Origin: Promethearchaeota archaeon Loki_b32
GTDB lineage: Archaea; Asgardarchaeota; Lokiarchaeia; Sigyniarchaeales; SOKP01
Direction of reading: 5' to 3'
Assembly (NCBI GenBank): GCA_005223125.1
Contig: NJBH01000034.1
Location: 1 to 40,060 of the forward strand
Length of the DNA: 40,060 nucleotides
Part shown: positions 27,108 to 36,078 of the stretch, one piece after another
Layout of the letters: each line of letters starts with the position of its first letter
Position numbering within the stretch: position 1 is the stretch's first letter
Notes under the pieces: model-generated
The model's input: the letters and a program-made list of their open reading frames with translations, nothing else
Databases searched by the model: none
Told to the model about the DNA's origin: nothing
Position numbers and translations under genes: made by a program

Positions 27108-28286
27108 TTGCCTGACATAAAAATAGAAGATACTGTAATTCTCTTAGACACTTCTAGGTCTATGTTGAGAAAAGACTTCAAACCAAGTAGATTAGTGGTT
27201 GAATTACAAACAGCTAAGAATTTTATTGAATCAAAATTATCAATTGATATGAAAGATCGAATTTCAGTTATAACTTTCGGAGGAGTAACGAAAAAATTAA
27301 TTAATTTTGCCTTTGAAGAAATTAAACTGATTCAATCACTAAAAAAAGTTCAAATCTCAGGTCAAGGATTCTTACATGAAGGAATTGCTTTTGCATTACA
27401 AATCCTTGTTGAAGAGTTGCGAAAAATCGGAGGTAAAACACCTCGTATTTTTATTATTACCGATAATAAATTGAAGGTTGACGCGAGCAAATTGGAAAAA
27501 ATGGTTAAAATAGCAAAGGGTTTAGGTGTGTTTATTGATGCTTGTCAATTGGGAGGAACCCAAGATTATGGTGAAAATTCTTTAAAAAGAATAACTCAAC
27601 TAACTGGAGGAGAATATGGGTATTTTAATAATTCAAAAGCATTAATAAATGCTGGTAATGCTTTTGCTTCGAAAAAAGATACCAATAAAACAAGTGATTA
27701 TTTCTCTCCAGAGAAAAAAGATAAAATTGCACCACTAGTTAGTGAAATAGCTCTACCATTACGAAGACCATCAATGTTAGATATTCGAATAATGATGAAA
27801 GGAACAAATAAAGGACAAGAAAAATGTCAAATTTGTCATTCTGTCAAAGCAGTAATTACTGGGGCTGATTTTTTTAGTGAGGGGCGCTATTGTCCAAGTT
27901 GCGATCGAGCAATGCATCTCTCTTGCGCTGCAATGTGGGCAAAAAAAACAGAATATAAAGATTATGTATTTAGATGCCCTTTCTGTTTTTTCTTGTTAGA
28001 ATTACCCAAAGCAGCACTAAAATTAGTAAAAGAAAAAACAGAAGAATTTCAAGAAATAAAAATTATTGATGATGATGAAGCGCTTGATACAAAAATGATT
28101 TTAATCCCCGAGGAAAAAATAGACCAAATAGATGCATCTTGTTCTTATTGTCATAGTATATTTTTAGGTGATTTTAAAGTATTACAGTGTGAAAATTGTA
28201 ATGCGTATTACCATGAACCTTGTCTCCATAAAATGAATAAAGAAATCAAAGCTTGTAGATATTGTGGAGCTAAAATAACCTTTTAA
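27108..28286 (+). CDS. VWA domain (Ssl1/p44- and Rpn10-like) protein with two C4HC3 RING/PHD-like zinc fingers
   Basis: ILLDTSRSMLRKDFKPSRL (MIDAS DxSxS), DRISVITFG, IFIITD and LKRITQLTGGEY. The fingers are CQIC...CPSC...HLSC...CPFC and CSYC...CENC...HEPC...CRYC. Confidence 0.82.
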   Translation: MPDIKIEDTVILLDTSRSMLRKDFKPSRLVVELQTAKNFIESKLSIDMKDRISVITFGGVTKKLINFAFEEIKLIQSLKKVQISGQGFLHEGIAFALQILVEELRKIGGKTPRIFIITDNKLKVDASKLEKMVKIAKGLGVFIDACQLGGTQDYGENSLKRITQLTGGEYGYFNNSKALINAGNAFASKKDTNKTSDYFSPEKKDKIAPLVSEIALPLRRPSMLDIRIMMKGTNKGQEKCQICHSVKAVITGADFFSEGRYCPSCDRAMHLSCAAMWAKKTEYKDYVFRCPFCFFLLELPKAALKLVKEKTEEFQEIKIIDDDEALDTKMILIPEEKIDQIDASCSYCHSIFLGDFKVLQCENCNAYYHEPCLHKMNKEIKACRYCGAKITF

Positions 28287-28364
28287 TAACTCAATATTTA
28301 TTCTTACTTTGTTTAAATTATTTAAGCATAGCATTCTTTTTATTAATAAATTAGAATAGAGAGG

Positions 28365-30458
28365 TTGATTAAATTAGGAAATAAAAAGCGATCTAAATGG
28401 GTTATTACATCTGCATGGCCTTATGTAAACGCTACACCCCATTTAGGGAATTTAATCGGAAGTACTCTGTCAGCAGATGTATTTGCTAGGTTTTTGAGAA
28501 TGAACGGAGAAGAAGTAGTATTTGTTTCTGGATCTGATTCTCACGGAACGCCAGTCTTGGTTGAAGCAAAAAAATTAAAGGTACCAGCCGAAGAACTAGC
28601 GTTCAAATATCATAATATCATTAAAGAATTACATGAAAAATGGCAAATATCTTTTGATAATTATACGATAACTCACAATCCAACTCATATTGAATTTGTC
28701 CAGAAAATGTATTTAGAGATACAAAAAAATGGGTATATTATTGAAAAAGAGATTGAATCGTTATATTGTGAAAATGATGACCTTTTTTTACCTGATAGAT
28801 TTGTAGAAGGGATATGTCCTCATTGTAATTTTGAAGATGCTCGAGGAGATCAATGTGATAATTGCCAAAAGCTATTAACTCCAATAGAACTTATTAAATC
28901 CAGATGTGCAGTTTGTGGAAATGCTCCTGTAATTAAAAAAACAAAGCATTGGTATTTAGATCTGCCTAAATTACAAGATCGATTGAAGAAATTAATTGAA
29001 CAAAATGAGATTATTCCCGCGAATGCTCGACAAATGTGCTTAAACAGTATAGCAGAAGGTTTACCCGAACGATCAATTACCCGAGATTTAGAATGGGGGA
29101 TTCCAGCACCTTTTGAGGGTGCTAATGATAAAACCATATACGTGTGGTTTGAGGCTGTCCTGGGATATGTGACAGCTGTTAAAGAATGGGCAGAAAAAAT
29201 TATTAATGAACCGGATAAATTCAATTACTTTTGGAAAGATCCTTCTACTAGAACAGTATACTTTATCGGAAAGGATAATATTATTTTTCATTTAATCGTG
29301 TTTCCTGCTCTATTAATGGCCTATAATGATAACAAAGAAGAAGGCGAAAAACTTGTATTACCTTATAATGTTTCTTCAACTGAATGGTTAATGTATGAAA
29401 ATGTTAAATTTTCAAAATCAAGAGGGATTGGTATTTGGATTGATGATGCATTACAACTTGCTCCTCTTGATTATTGGCGTTTTAGTTTACTATATAATAG
29501 ACCTGAAACAAGTGATACATCTTTTTTGTGGTCTGAATTTGAAAATAATATAAAAACCCTCAATGATAATATTGGAAATTTTATACATAGAACCCTAACA
29601 TTTATAAATAGACAATTCAAAGGTAATGTGCCTAAAAAAATTGCCTATGTTCCAAAAGCAAATGTTGAACTTGAAAAACCTCTTGCAAGTAGAATTGATT
29701 TTGAATTTCAAGAAAAAATAAGATTGATTACATTAAAAATTAGTAGTTTATTAGAGCGATTTGAAATACGCAGGGCAATTAGAGAAATTGTTAATTTCGG
29801 TAAGAAATGCAACGTTTACTTGAATGAAAGAGCACCTTGGCATTTAATAAAAGATGGAGAGAAAGACTTAGCTGGGCATGTATTTAATCTTTGTACTCAA
29901 GCTGTTTATGCTTTAGCTATAATGTTAGGATCTTTTATTCCGGATACTTCAGAAAAAATCTTAATATATTTAAATCAACCAAAATTAAATGAGATAAATT
30001 GGAACAGTGTAAATGAGAATTCAATTAAAGATGGAACTAAAATAAGAAAACCTGATCCACTTTTTCAGAAACTAGATATAGAAGAAGTAAAGGAAAAATT
30101 AAAAAATTTAAAAGAAAATAAGAAAGGTGAAAAGAATTTGGTATCATATGATGAGTTTAAAAAATTAGATATTCGAGTTGCTTTAATCGAAGATGTTGAA
30201 AAAGTTCCTAAGGCAGATAAACTCTATAAATTATCTATTGATTTGGGAACTGAAAAAAGAACTTTAGTAGCGGGTTTGGCAGAATATTATAACGTAGATG
30301 ATTTAAAAGGAAAGAAGATTGTAGTGTTAACAAATTTGGAACCAAGAAAATTAAAAGGAATCTTAAGTAAGGGAATGCTGCTTGCAGCTGTTGAAGGTGA
30401 TAATGTCTCAATACTAATCCCTGATAAAGATCTTCCTCCCGGAGCAAGAATAGAATAA
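28365..30458 (+). CDS. metG: Methionine--tRNA ligase with C-terminal Trbp111/EMAP-like tRNA-binding domain
   Basis: ITSAWPYVNATPHLGN (HIGH-like), SGSDSHGTP, Zn knuckles, YVWFEA, YFIGKDNI and KFSKS (KMSKS-like). The C-terminal domain has FKKLDIRV...NLEPRKLKGILSKGMLLAA. Confidence 0.97.
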   Translation: MIKLGNKKRSKWVITSAWPYVNATPHLGNLIGSTLSADVFARFLRMNGEEVVFVSGSDSHGTPVLVEAKKLKVPAEELAFKYHNIIKELHEKWQISFDNYTITHNPTHIEFVQKMYLEIQKNGYIIEKEIESLYCENDDLFLPDRFVEGICPHCNFEDARGDQCDNCQKLLTPIELIKSRCAVCGNAPVIKKTKHWYLDLPKLQDRLKKLIEQNEIIPANARQMCLNSIAEGLPERSITRDLEWGIPAPFEGANDKTIYVWFEAVLGYVTAVKEWAEKIINEPDKFNYFWKDPSTRTVYFIGKDNIIFHLIVFPALLMAYNDNKEEGEKLVLPYNVSSTEWLMYENVKFSKSRGIGIWIDDALQLAPLDYWRFSLLYNRPETSDTSFLWSEFENNIKTLNDNIGNFIHRTLTFINRQFKGNVPKKIAYVPKANVELEKPLASRIDFEFQEKIRLITLKISSLLERFEIRRAIREIVNFGKKCNVYLNERAPWHLIKDGEKDLAGHVFNLCTQAVYALAIMLGSFIPDTSEKILIYLNQPKLNEINWNSVNENSIKDGTKIRKPDPLFQKLDIEEVKEKLKNLKENKKGEKNLVSYDEFKKLDIRVALIEDVEKVPKADKLYKLSIDLGTEKRTLVAGLAEYYNVDDLKGKKIVVLTNLEPRKLKGILSKGMLLAAVEGDNVSILIPDKDLPPGARIE

Positions 30459-30459
30459 A

Positions 30460-31704
30460 TTATAATTTTAAAGAAAACAACGGATTTAAACGAGCAATAA
30501 TATCTCCAAGATCTAATTGAATCGTCTTAAGAATAACATCCCGACCTCGATATTCAAATTGTAATTCACTTACATTCCTAATTATTTTTAATCTACTAAT
30601 ATTTGTTTTTAAGGAAGTAACAAAGTATCTTTGGTCTTTATACTCTAAAATATCTAAAACATCCTCCATATCGGGAAAGGAATATCCCCCTCCATGTGGG
30701 AGAATATAAGCATTTGTTAATAATTCTAATAGTTCTAAGTCTTCTGCTCGTTCCCATAGATTTACATTTTTTAATACTGTCTCAGATAAATTTCTTTTCC
30801 CCTGAAATAAGTATGCGGAGATATCTGCTCTGAGCGTTGTTGGAAAAATGTTTGACTTAATTAGATCACATTTGATATCTGTACAATTACTTCCCATATA
30901 CATATTATTATAGTCCTTTAAAAATTGGTGAGATTGATTACATATTATTTTATATCCATAATCAAATAATTTATCCGCTATAACTTGTCTTTTTATATTC
31001 GAAAATTCTAAAGCTTTTTTGTTAAAATTAAGATAATCTTTTGCATCTGAATCCAATAAAATATACTGCTTTCCCATTTTGCTAATTTCTTCTATAGCAA
31101 GCTCTTTTAATGTTCTTGATTTATCAATATAAAGACCCATCCCATATTTATCATCCCTAAATTCTGGTGCTGAGCCATGAATCAAAAAAATATAAGGTGG
31201 AAGGTCTATATCAGACAGATTCTTTGTTTCAAAACAGTTAATAAAATGATTAGATATATTATAATCCCAATTAATCAAAATTTCATCATGATAAAGCTCT
31301 TTTGACTTAATATCGTCAATCTTTTTAATTAAATTGTAAGGATCAGGTAATTCTTCTAAACCACCAACTAAAAGACCACAACAATTAGGTTTAATATTAA
31401 GAAAAATTAATTTATCATTACCAGTTCCCCAATTCAATCTTCCCCCATATCCTAATCCAGAATTCCATCTAAACTTATTTCGCGAGATTGTTTCATCAGG
31501 AGAAGAAATAAAAGTTGCCTTCGGTTCGAATCCATATTTTTCTTGAATAAGTTGGAACTGAGCTAAGCCGTATTTCATATTTGCCTTACATAAGTTTGAT
31601 GTTCCATCATTCAAACCAGTTGAAAAAATGAACTGACTCGCTCTATCTAATAAATCTAACTTTGATAGTTCTGTTAATTTTGGATATAAGATGGAAGAAC
31701 CCAT
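30460..31704 (-). CDS. Highly divergent RtcB-like (3'-phosphate/5'-OH nucleic acid ligase fold) protein
   Basis: RtcB motifs appear in the correct order: SPD, GYGG, NCCG (Cys ligand), SNHFI (GNHF), LIHGS (VHTGS), HQ (HN), PHGGGY (HGAGR, guanylylated His) and C-terminal YRG...IIARLNPLFSLKL (YK...VARLRP...KG). Confidence 0.72.
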   Translation of the reverse strand: MGSSILYPKLTELSKLDLLDRASQFIFSTGLNDGTSNLCKANMKYGLAQFQLIQEKYGFEPKATFISSPDETISRNKFRWNSGLGYGGRLNWGTGNDKLIFLNIKPNCCGLLVGGLEELPDPYNLIKKIDDIKSKELYHDEILINWDYNISNHFINCFETKNLSDIDLPPYIFLIHGSAPEFRDDKYGMGLYIDKSRTLKELAIEEISKMGKQYILLDSDAKDYLNFNKKALEFSNIKRQVIADKLFDYGYKIICNQSHQFLKDYNNMYMGSNCTDIKCDLIKSNIFPTTLRADISAYLFQGKRNLSETVLKNVNLWERAEDLELLELLTNAYILPHGGGYSFPDMEDVLDILEYKDQRYFVTSLKTNISRLKIIRNVSELQFEYRGRDVILKTIQLDLGDIIARLNPLFSLKL

Positions 31705-31839
31705 TATAGAAAAGATACTGATATATGTTATATACTCTATCTAAAAATATATGAAAAGAATATATATATAATATTAATGATATTTCATTGAAATACTCGG
31801 ATAAAAAGAATCAAAAATATCGATGAAAAAATAGTTATC

Positions 31840-32463
31840 ATGAATAGTCCTGCTAATTTTGTTTTATTTGACTCATTAAAAGATATAAAAATTAATGGAG
31901 AGTTTACAGGTTCTATAATATCAAAATATCGAGATAAAATCATCTTTTCAGATAATATAAAAATTTCAGATTCTGAAGGAATTATAATAACTGAAGGTTT
32001 ACTTACCGGGTTTGAAAAGATAGGAAATAAATTAAATCCTTTTTCAAGAAGCTCTGATTTTAAATGGAACTTAATTGATATCCCATTGGAATATTCTGTT
32101 TTAATTCCAGAGGATACAATGGAACAGTATGACCAAGGACAATTTTCCAATGAGTTTCCATTTACTATTAATTTGCTTCACACTGCAGGCTTACTTTTAA
32201 ATGATCTCAAATTTGGGCTTAATCATCTTGATTTTTTCAAAGGTGAAATTTTAAAAAATCCTATTGCAATGATTAGAAATGGTATTATCACTGCTGACAG
32301 AGTTGTAATCGATGATAATGGTGACCCTGTTTTTTATGATTGCTTAATTGTGGGAAGAGATAAAAATGAAGATATTAATATAAGTTATGAGCCAATTATT
32401 AACGTCGATGATAAAGTGGTTGAATATATTATAATATTAGGAATTGAGGAATTAAAAATTTAA
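31840..32463 (+). CDS. Hypothetical protein with an apparent two-fold internal repeat
   Basis: 207-aa ORF, 17 nt upstream of the ATPase gene. No family was recognised. The frame stays open upstream to an ATA at 31801. Confidence 0.7.
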   Translation: MNSPANFVLFDSLKDIKINGEFTGSIISKYRDKIIFSDNIKISDSEGIIITEGLLTGFEKIGNKLNPFSRSSDFKWNLIDIPLEYSVLIPEDTMEQYDQGQFSNEFPFTINLLHTAGLLLNDLKFGLNHLDFFKGEILKNPIAMIRNGIITADRVVIDDNGDPVFYDCLIVGRDKNEDINISYEPIINVDDKVVEYIIILGIEELKI

Positions 32464-32480
32464 AATAACCCTGATTCAAT

Positions 32481-33701
32481 ATGCTTATTTTTGAAAATAA
32501 GGAACAAAAACTACTAAATCTCTTAAAATTTACAGGTTCTCCCTTTAAAAAATTTGTTTCTACCGGAGAAATCAAAGAAGATATACGATTAGTACAATCA
32601 AGACAAGACTTTGTTCAGTCTATTATAAATGTACTTGAAAAAGATGAGAATTTAATTTTACCTATTATCGGAGATGTAGGAACAGGAAAAACACATTTAT
32701 ATTGGGCATTAAAACATGAGTTATATTACTATAATATTGTATATATTTCTTTAGAGAATGTTATTAAGAAATTCTATTATAACACATACTCAGAATTTAT
32801 TGAAAATATGGGTATAGAAGTGTTAAGGAACATTGCAAGAAGACTTTGTAATGAATGGGGTGCCTTAGATAGAAAATTCGGTTTTTTTCATCTAGGTGAT
32901 ATTGAAAAAGTTAAAAAAGTTGCATGTGAGAATTGGGCTCCAAATTTCGAAAATAAAGCTGCTATTATGGATGTAATAAATGCTTTAACCGCACATCAAT
33001 TGGATCCTTATAAAAAAATAGAAGCTGAAAGGTGGTTTTTAGGAGAGGTGATAGATATAAGGGATCTTTCAAGGCTAAATTTAAAGCATGACTTAAGGGA
33101 GAGGAATAATTCTTATACAATGCTTAAAGTTTTGGTTGAAAATGCTATGGTAAGTAGTGTGTTATTTATTGATGATTTCGAGAAAATTATTTCTATGATA
33201 AAACCAATATCTATAGAAGAAGAAACAGAAGAAGTTTTTGATCGAAGCTGGCTCTATGGAACTAAGCAATCTCCAGAAAAACGTATAGCTGATAAAGTAT
33301 TAGACAAGATCCTAAACCTAAACAAAATAAATGGTCTAAAAATCATTATAACGATAAAATCACCTGAATATTATAAAGAGATCATAAGTGAAATTGAAGA
33401 TAAAAACAGTTTTCTTTTAGATGTAGTAAAGGAACCTATTATTTTATCAAACTTTATTAAAGAAGATCTCTTCACGTTCTATAAACGGAATTTAGAATTT
33501 TTTTTTGGTCAAATCAATTATTTTGATTATTTTAGGGATTTTTCAAATTCTTATTACCCTTTAAATGAAGAGGTGTTAAAATATATTTATAATCAAACTA
33601 AAGGTAATCCCAGAGAAATAATAAAGTTATTAATAAAAATTTTTAACGATATTGTATTATCTAATGATAATTTAGAAGAAGTTCTCAAAAATTATCAATG
33701 A
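32481..33701 (+). CDS. P-loop ATPase (AAA+/BrxD-like)
   Basis: Walker A IIGDVGTGKTHL, Walker B LFIDDFEKI and C-terminal YYPLNEEVL...TKGNPREII. Confidence 0.82.
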   Translation: MLIFENKEQKLLNLLKFTGSPFKKFVSTGEIKEDIRLVQSRQDFVQSIINVLEKDENLILPIIGDVGTGKTHLYWALKHELYYYNIVYISLENVIKKFYYNTYSEFIENMGIEVLRNIARRLCNEWGALDRKFGFFHLGDIEKVKKVACENWAPNFENKAAIMDVINALTAHQLDPYKKIEAERWFLGEVIDIRDLSRLNLKHDLRERNNSYTMLKVLVENAMVSSVLFIDDFEKIISMIKPISIEEETEEVFDRSWLYGTKQSPEKRIADKVLDKILNLNKINGLKIIITIKSPEYYKEIISEIEDKNSFLLDVVKEPIILSNFIKEDLFTFYKRNLEFFFGQINYFDYFRDFSNSYYPLNEEVLKYIYNQTKGNPREIIKLLIKIFNDIVLSNDNLEEVLKNYQ

Positions 33702-33711
33702 ATAAACCTAT

Positions 33712-34446
33712 TCATAATCTTTTTAAAAGAAGCTTTTCATACATATCAATTTCTTTGAGGAAATTCTCTTTATAATCATCTTCCCATTTTGATTTCGAAA
33801 TTTTTTGTCGAAATGTTTCTAAGTTAATTGGAGATTTAAAATAAATGAATATTAAGGCTCTAAATGCCCTTAGTTTTAGAATTTTATAATTATCCGAATT
33901 ATTTAAGGAGTTAAATAATTGGGTAAAATCTGGAAGAAATCTTTCAAAAATTCTCACATATAAAAGTTCTAATTCAGGATCATGTAGATTTATTACATAG
34001 TAAAGATTTCTCTGTATAAAAAGTGGTAAATCTTCTAAATCTAAAATCGTCTTAAGGGCATTAACTCTAATAGGAGAATAGTCATCATTTATAGCGTAAC
34101 CAATTAATTTAAATATATCATCAGTTATTTTTGTGTTTTTTAAAATTTTACCAAATGCCTGGATTATTTCATTACGCACCCATCTATCTGATTTATAATA
34201 GGTCTTTAATAGAAATTTCAAATATTTAAAGTCTAATTCTGATGATTTCCCTATTTCTCCTAATAAAAATATAATATTTAATTTAATTTTCTGAAATATC
34301 TGTGTTTCCAAATTATCGATAAAATATTGTATTAAATTTAGATATTCAATACTTGGTTCTTCACTTAATTTCATTAAGAAATCATTTATTACTTCTGGGT
34401 TCTTGGCTTTTTTGATTTCTTCAAACTTATTTTTCAAAATCTCCAT
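33712..34446 (-). CDS. HEAT-repeat protein
   Basis: IKLNIIFLLGEIG, SDRWVRNEIIQAFGKI and INDDYSPIRVNALKTI. Confidence 0.8.
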   Translation of the reverse strand: MEILKNKFEEIKKAKNPEVINDFLMKLSEEPSIEYLNLIQYFIDNLETQIFQKIKLNIIFLLGEIGKSSELDFKYLKFLLKTYYKSDRWVRNEIIQAFGKILKNTKITDDIFKLIGYAINDDYSPIRVNALKTILDLEDLPLFIQRNLYYVINLHDPELELLYVRIFERFLPDFTQLFNSLNNSDNYKILKLRAFRALIFIYFKSPINLETFRQKISKSKWEDDYKENFLKEIDMYEKLLLKRL

Positions 34447-34464
34447 AAAACTAAAAATAATATT

Positions 34465-35859
34465 TTATTTATCTGGATTATCAACAACACTTTTTAGAGG
34501 TTTAATCATTTCTGTTTTTAATACAGAATAAAAAACCTTTCTAAATTTCTCATTTTGAGTTAAAGGGATAAACTTGTCATTCATTTTTTTAGCGTATTTA
34601 TCGTCATGAGGAAAATCATAAAATCCATGTTCTTCATAATATTTATGATCAGCTTGGAACACAAACCTCATTCTACCATATACAGCGTCTCGGAATATTT
34701 TATTTCCTCCTACTGAAAGGAATGTTTGTGGTTTTTTATAACCAGATTGGGAATAGGTGATTAGCTTTTTAGCTAAATTATAAATTAATAAATCTATAAT
34801 CTTTGAATCTGCGTATTCATCAGTAATAATATCTACAAGGTTACTCTCTTCTATTTCAGTAAGTGATTCTATGATTTGTCTTAGATTAGCAATTTGACCC
34901 AATGGTCCAGAAATAAGGAAGCCGAATTGTCTTTTTCTTAATGTAGGAATATGACCATTGAAAAAACTTCTGTCAAAAACCATTTTCCATCTTTATGATA
35001 GATATCTATCTACTATGTTTCCAGCAAAAACTAAAATATCAGCAGATTCTAATTTTATACTCCAAAATTCAGTAAACTCATCCTTATCTTTATAAACACA
35101 AATATTATCATATCCGCATTGAATACATCCTAAACAACCACTCTTTATATCTAGATCATAGATATTTACTACCTCAACTTTAGTAGAAAAACAATTCTGA
35201 AATCGTTGGATCATCCTGCCTAAATTAGTGTTTTGATCAACTGAATCTGTTATAATGAGTACTTTTTTTCCTAGAGTCTCTATTTTTCCTTCTTCTTTTT
35301 CAAGTTTTCCCGGTATATATTCAAAGGGTTGTTTAATTAAGGGTAAATTCTTTCGTGATGTGGGAAGTTTATTTTCGATTGTGTAGAACAAATTTTCAGC
35401 ATATAATATTAATTGCTTTCGCTTGTTTGGAATCATAAGATCAAACATGTCAGCAGAAAAAGAGCCAATATATTTCATTTCCAAATCATCACAAATAGCA
35501 TTCATATAATTTATGGCAGTGTGATCATAGAAATGAATTGATGTTGCTAAAACAGCAGTATATTTATTTTTAAAAGCTTCTTCCTTATGTCTTTCGGTAA
35601 TAAGTTCAATAAATCTTTTATATTGTGATGGAACAAGCATCACATATAAAGGGAAACCCCAAATAATACCGTTAGAATTCTTCACATCCTCAATAATTTC
35701 TTGGAATTTTTCCTCATTTTTTTCGAGTTTTTTTATTTGTTGAGCTATATTTAATATTTTAAGTTCATGTTGAGGAAATTTTTTCTGAATGTATAAAATA
35801 TATTGCATTGTAGCGCTTTCAATCCCTTTAGGACTTCCATTTAAAACAATAATTTTCAC
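34465..35859 (-). pseudogene. NAD(P)H-dependent FMN reductase / iron-sulfur flavoprotein with tandem flavodoxin-like domains, interrupted by an in-frame TAA
   Basis: MKIIVLNGSPKG, FPLYVM and CLGCIQCGYDNIC. ORFs 34993-35859 and 34465-34983 are in the same frame, reading DRYLS*RWKMVFDRSFF with the stop at 34993-34995. Confidence 0.82.
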
Positions 35860-36078
35860 TTATTTATCCCTTCTTTTTATTTAGAAAAAATAAAAACTAA
35901 AATAATATAATGAGAAAACAAATATAAAAAATTAGAAAAGAGGAAAAAAAGGATTAAGAATCGCTAAATTATTGATAATATGCTAAAAATAATTATAATT
36001 TGAAATTTTTAACTTCTCTTTTTCTTTGCTAATTCAGAATTTAAAAAAATTAGGAAACATTAAATTTACTATTTTATC

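Noticed and set aside
363-32150. Antisense or overlapping ORFs in the track (e.g. 363-689, 714-899, 1756-1938, 2663-2899, 3951-4196, 4494-4712, 6441-6671, 7081-7452, 7861-8079, 9906-10109, 11780-12139, 14746-15012, 15646-15924, 20457-20738, 22480-22692, 25791-26081, 28850-29224, 29088-29291, 30235-30447, 31785-32150)
   Set aside because: They lie opposite well-supported genes, mostly have the Ser/Phe/Ile-rich composition typical of shadow frames, and show no motifs.
32481-33701. BREX defence system
   Set aside because: Only a BrxD-like ATPase resemblance is present, with no PglZ, PglX, BrxC or helicase nearby.
34993-34995. Selenocysteine or pyrrolysine recoding at the in-frame stop
   Set aside because: The codon is TAA, not TGA or TAG.
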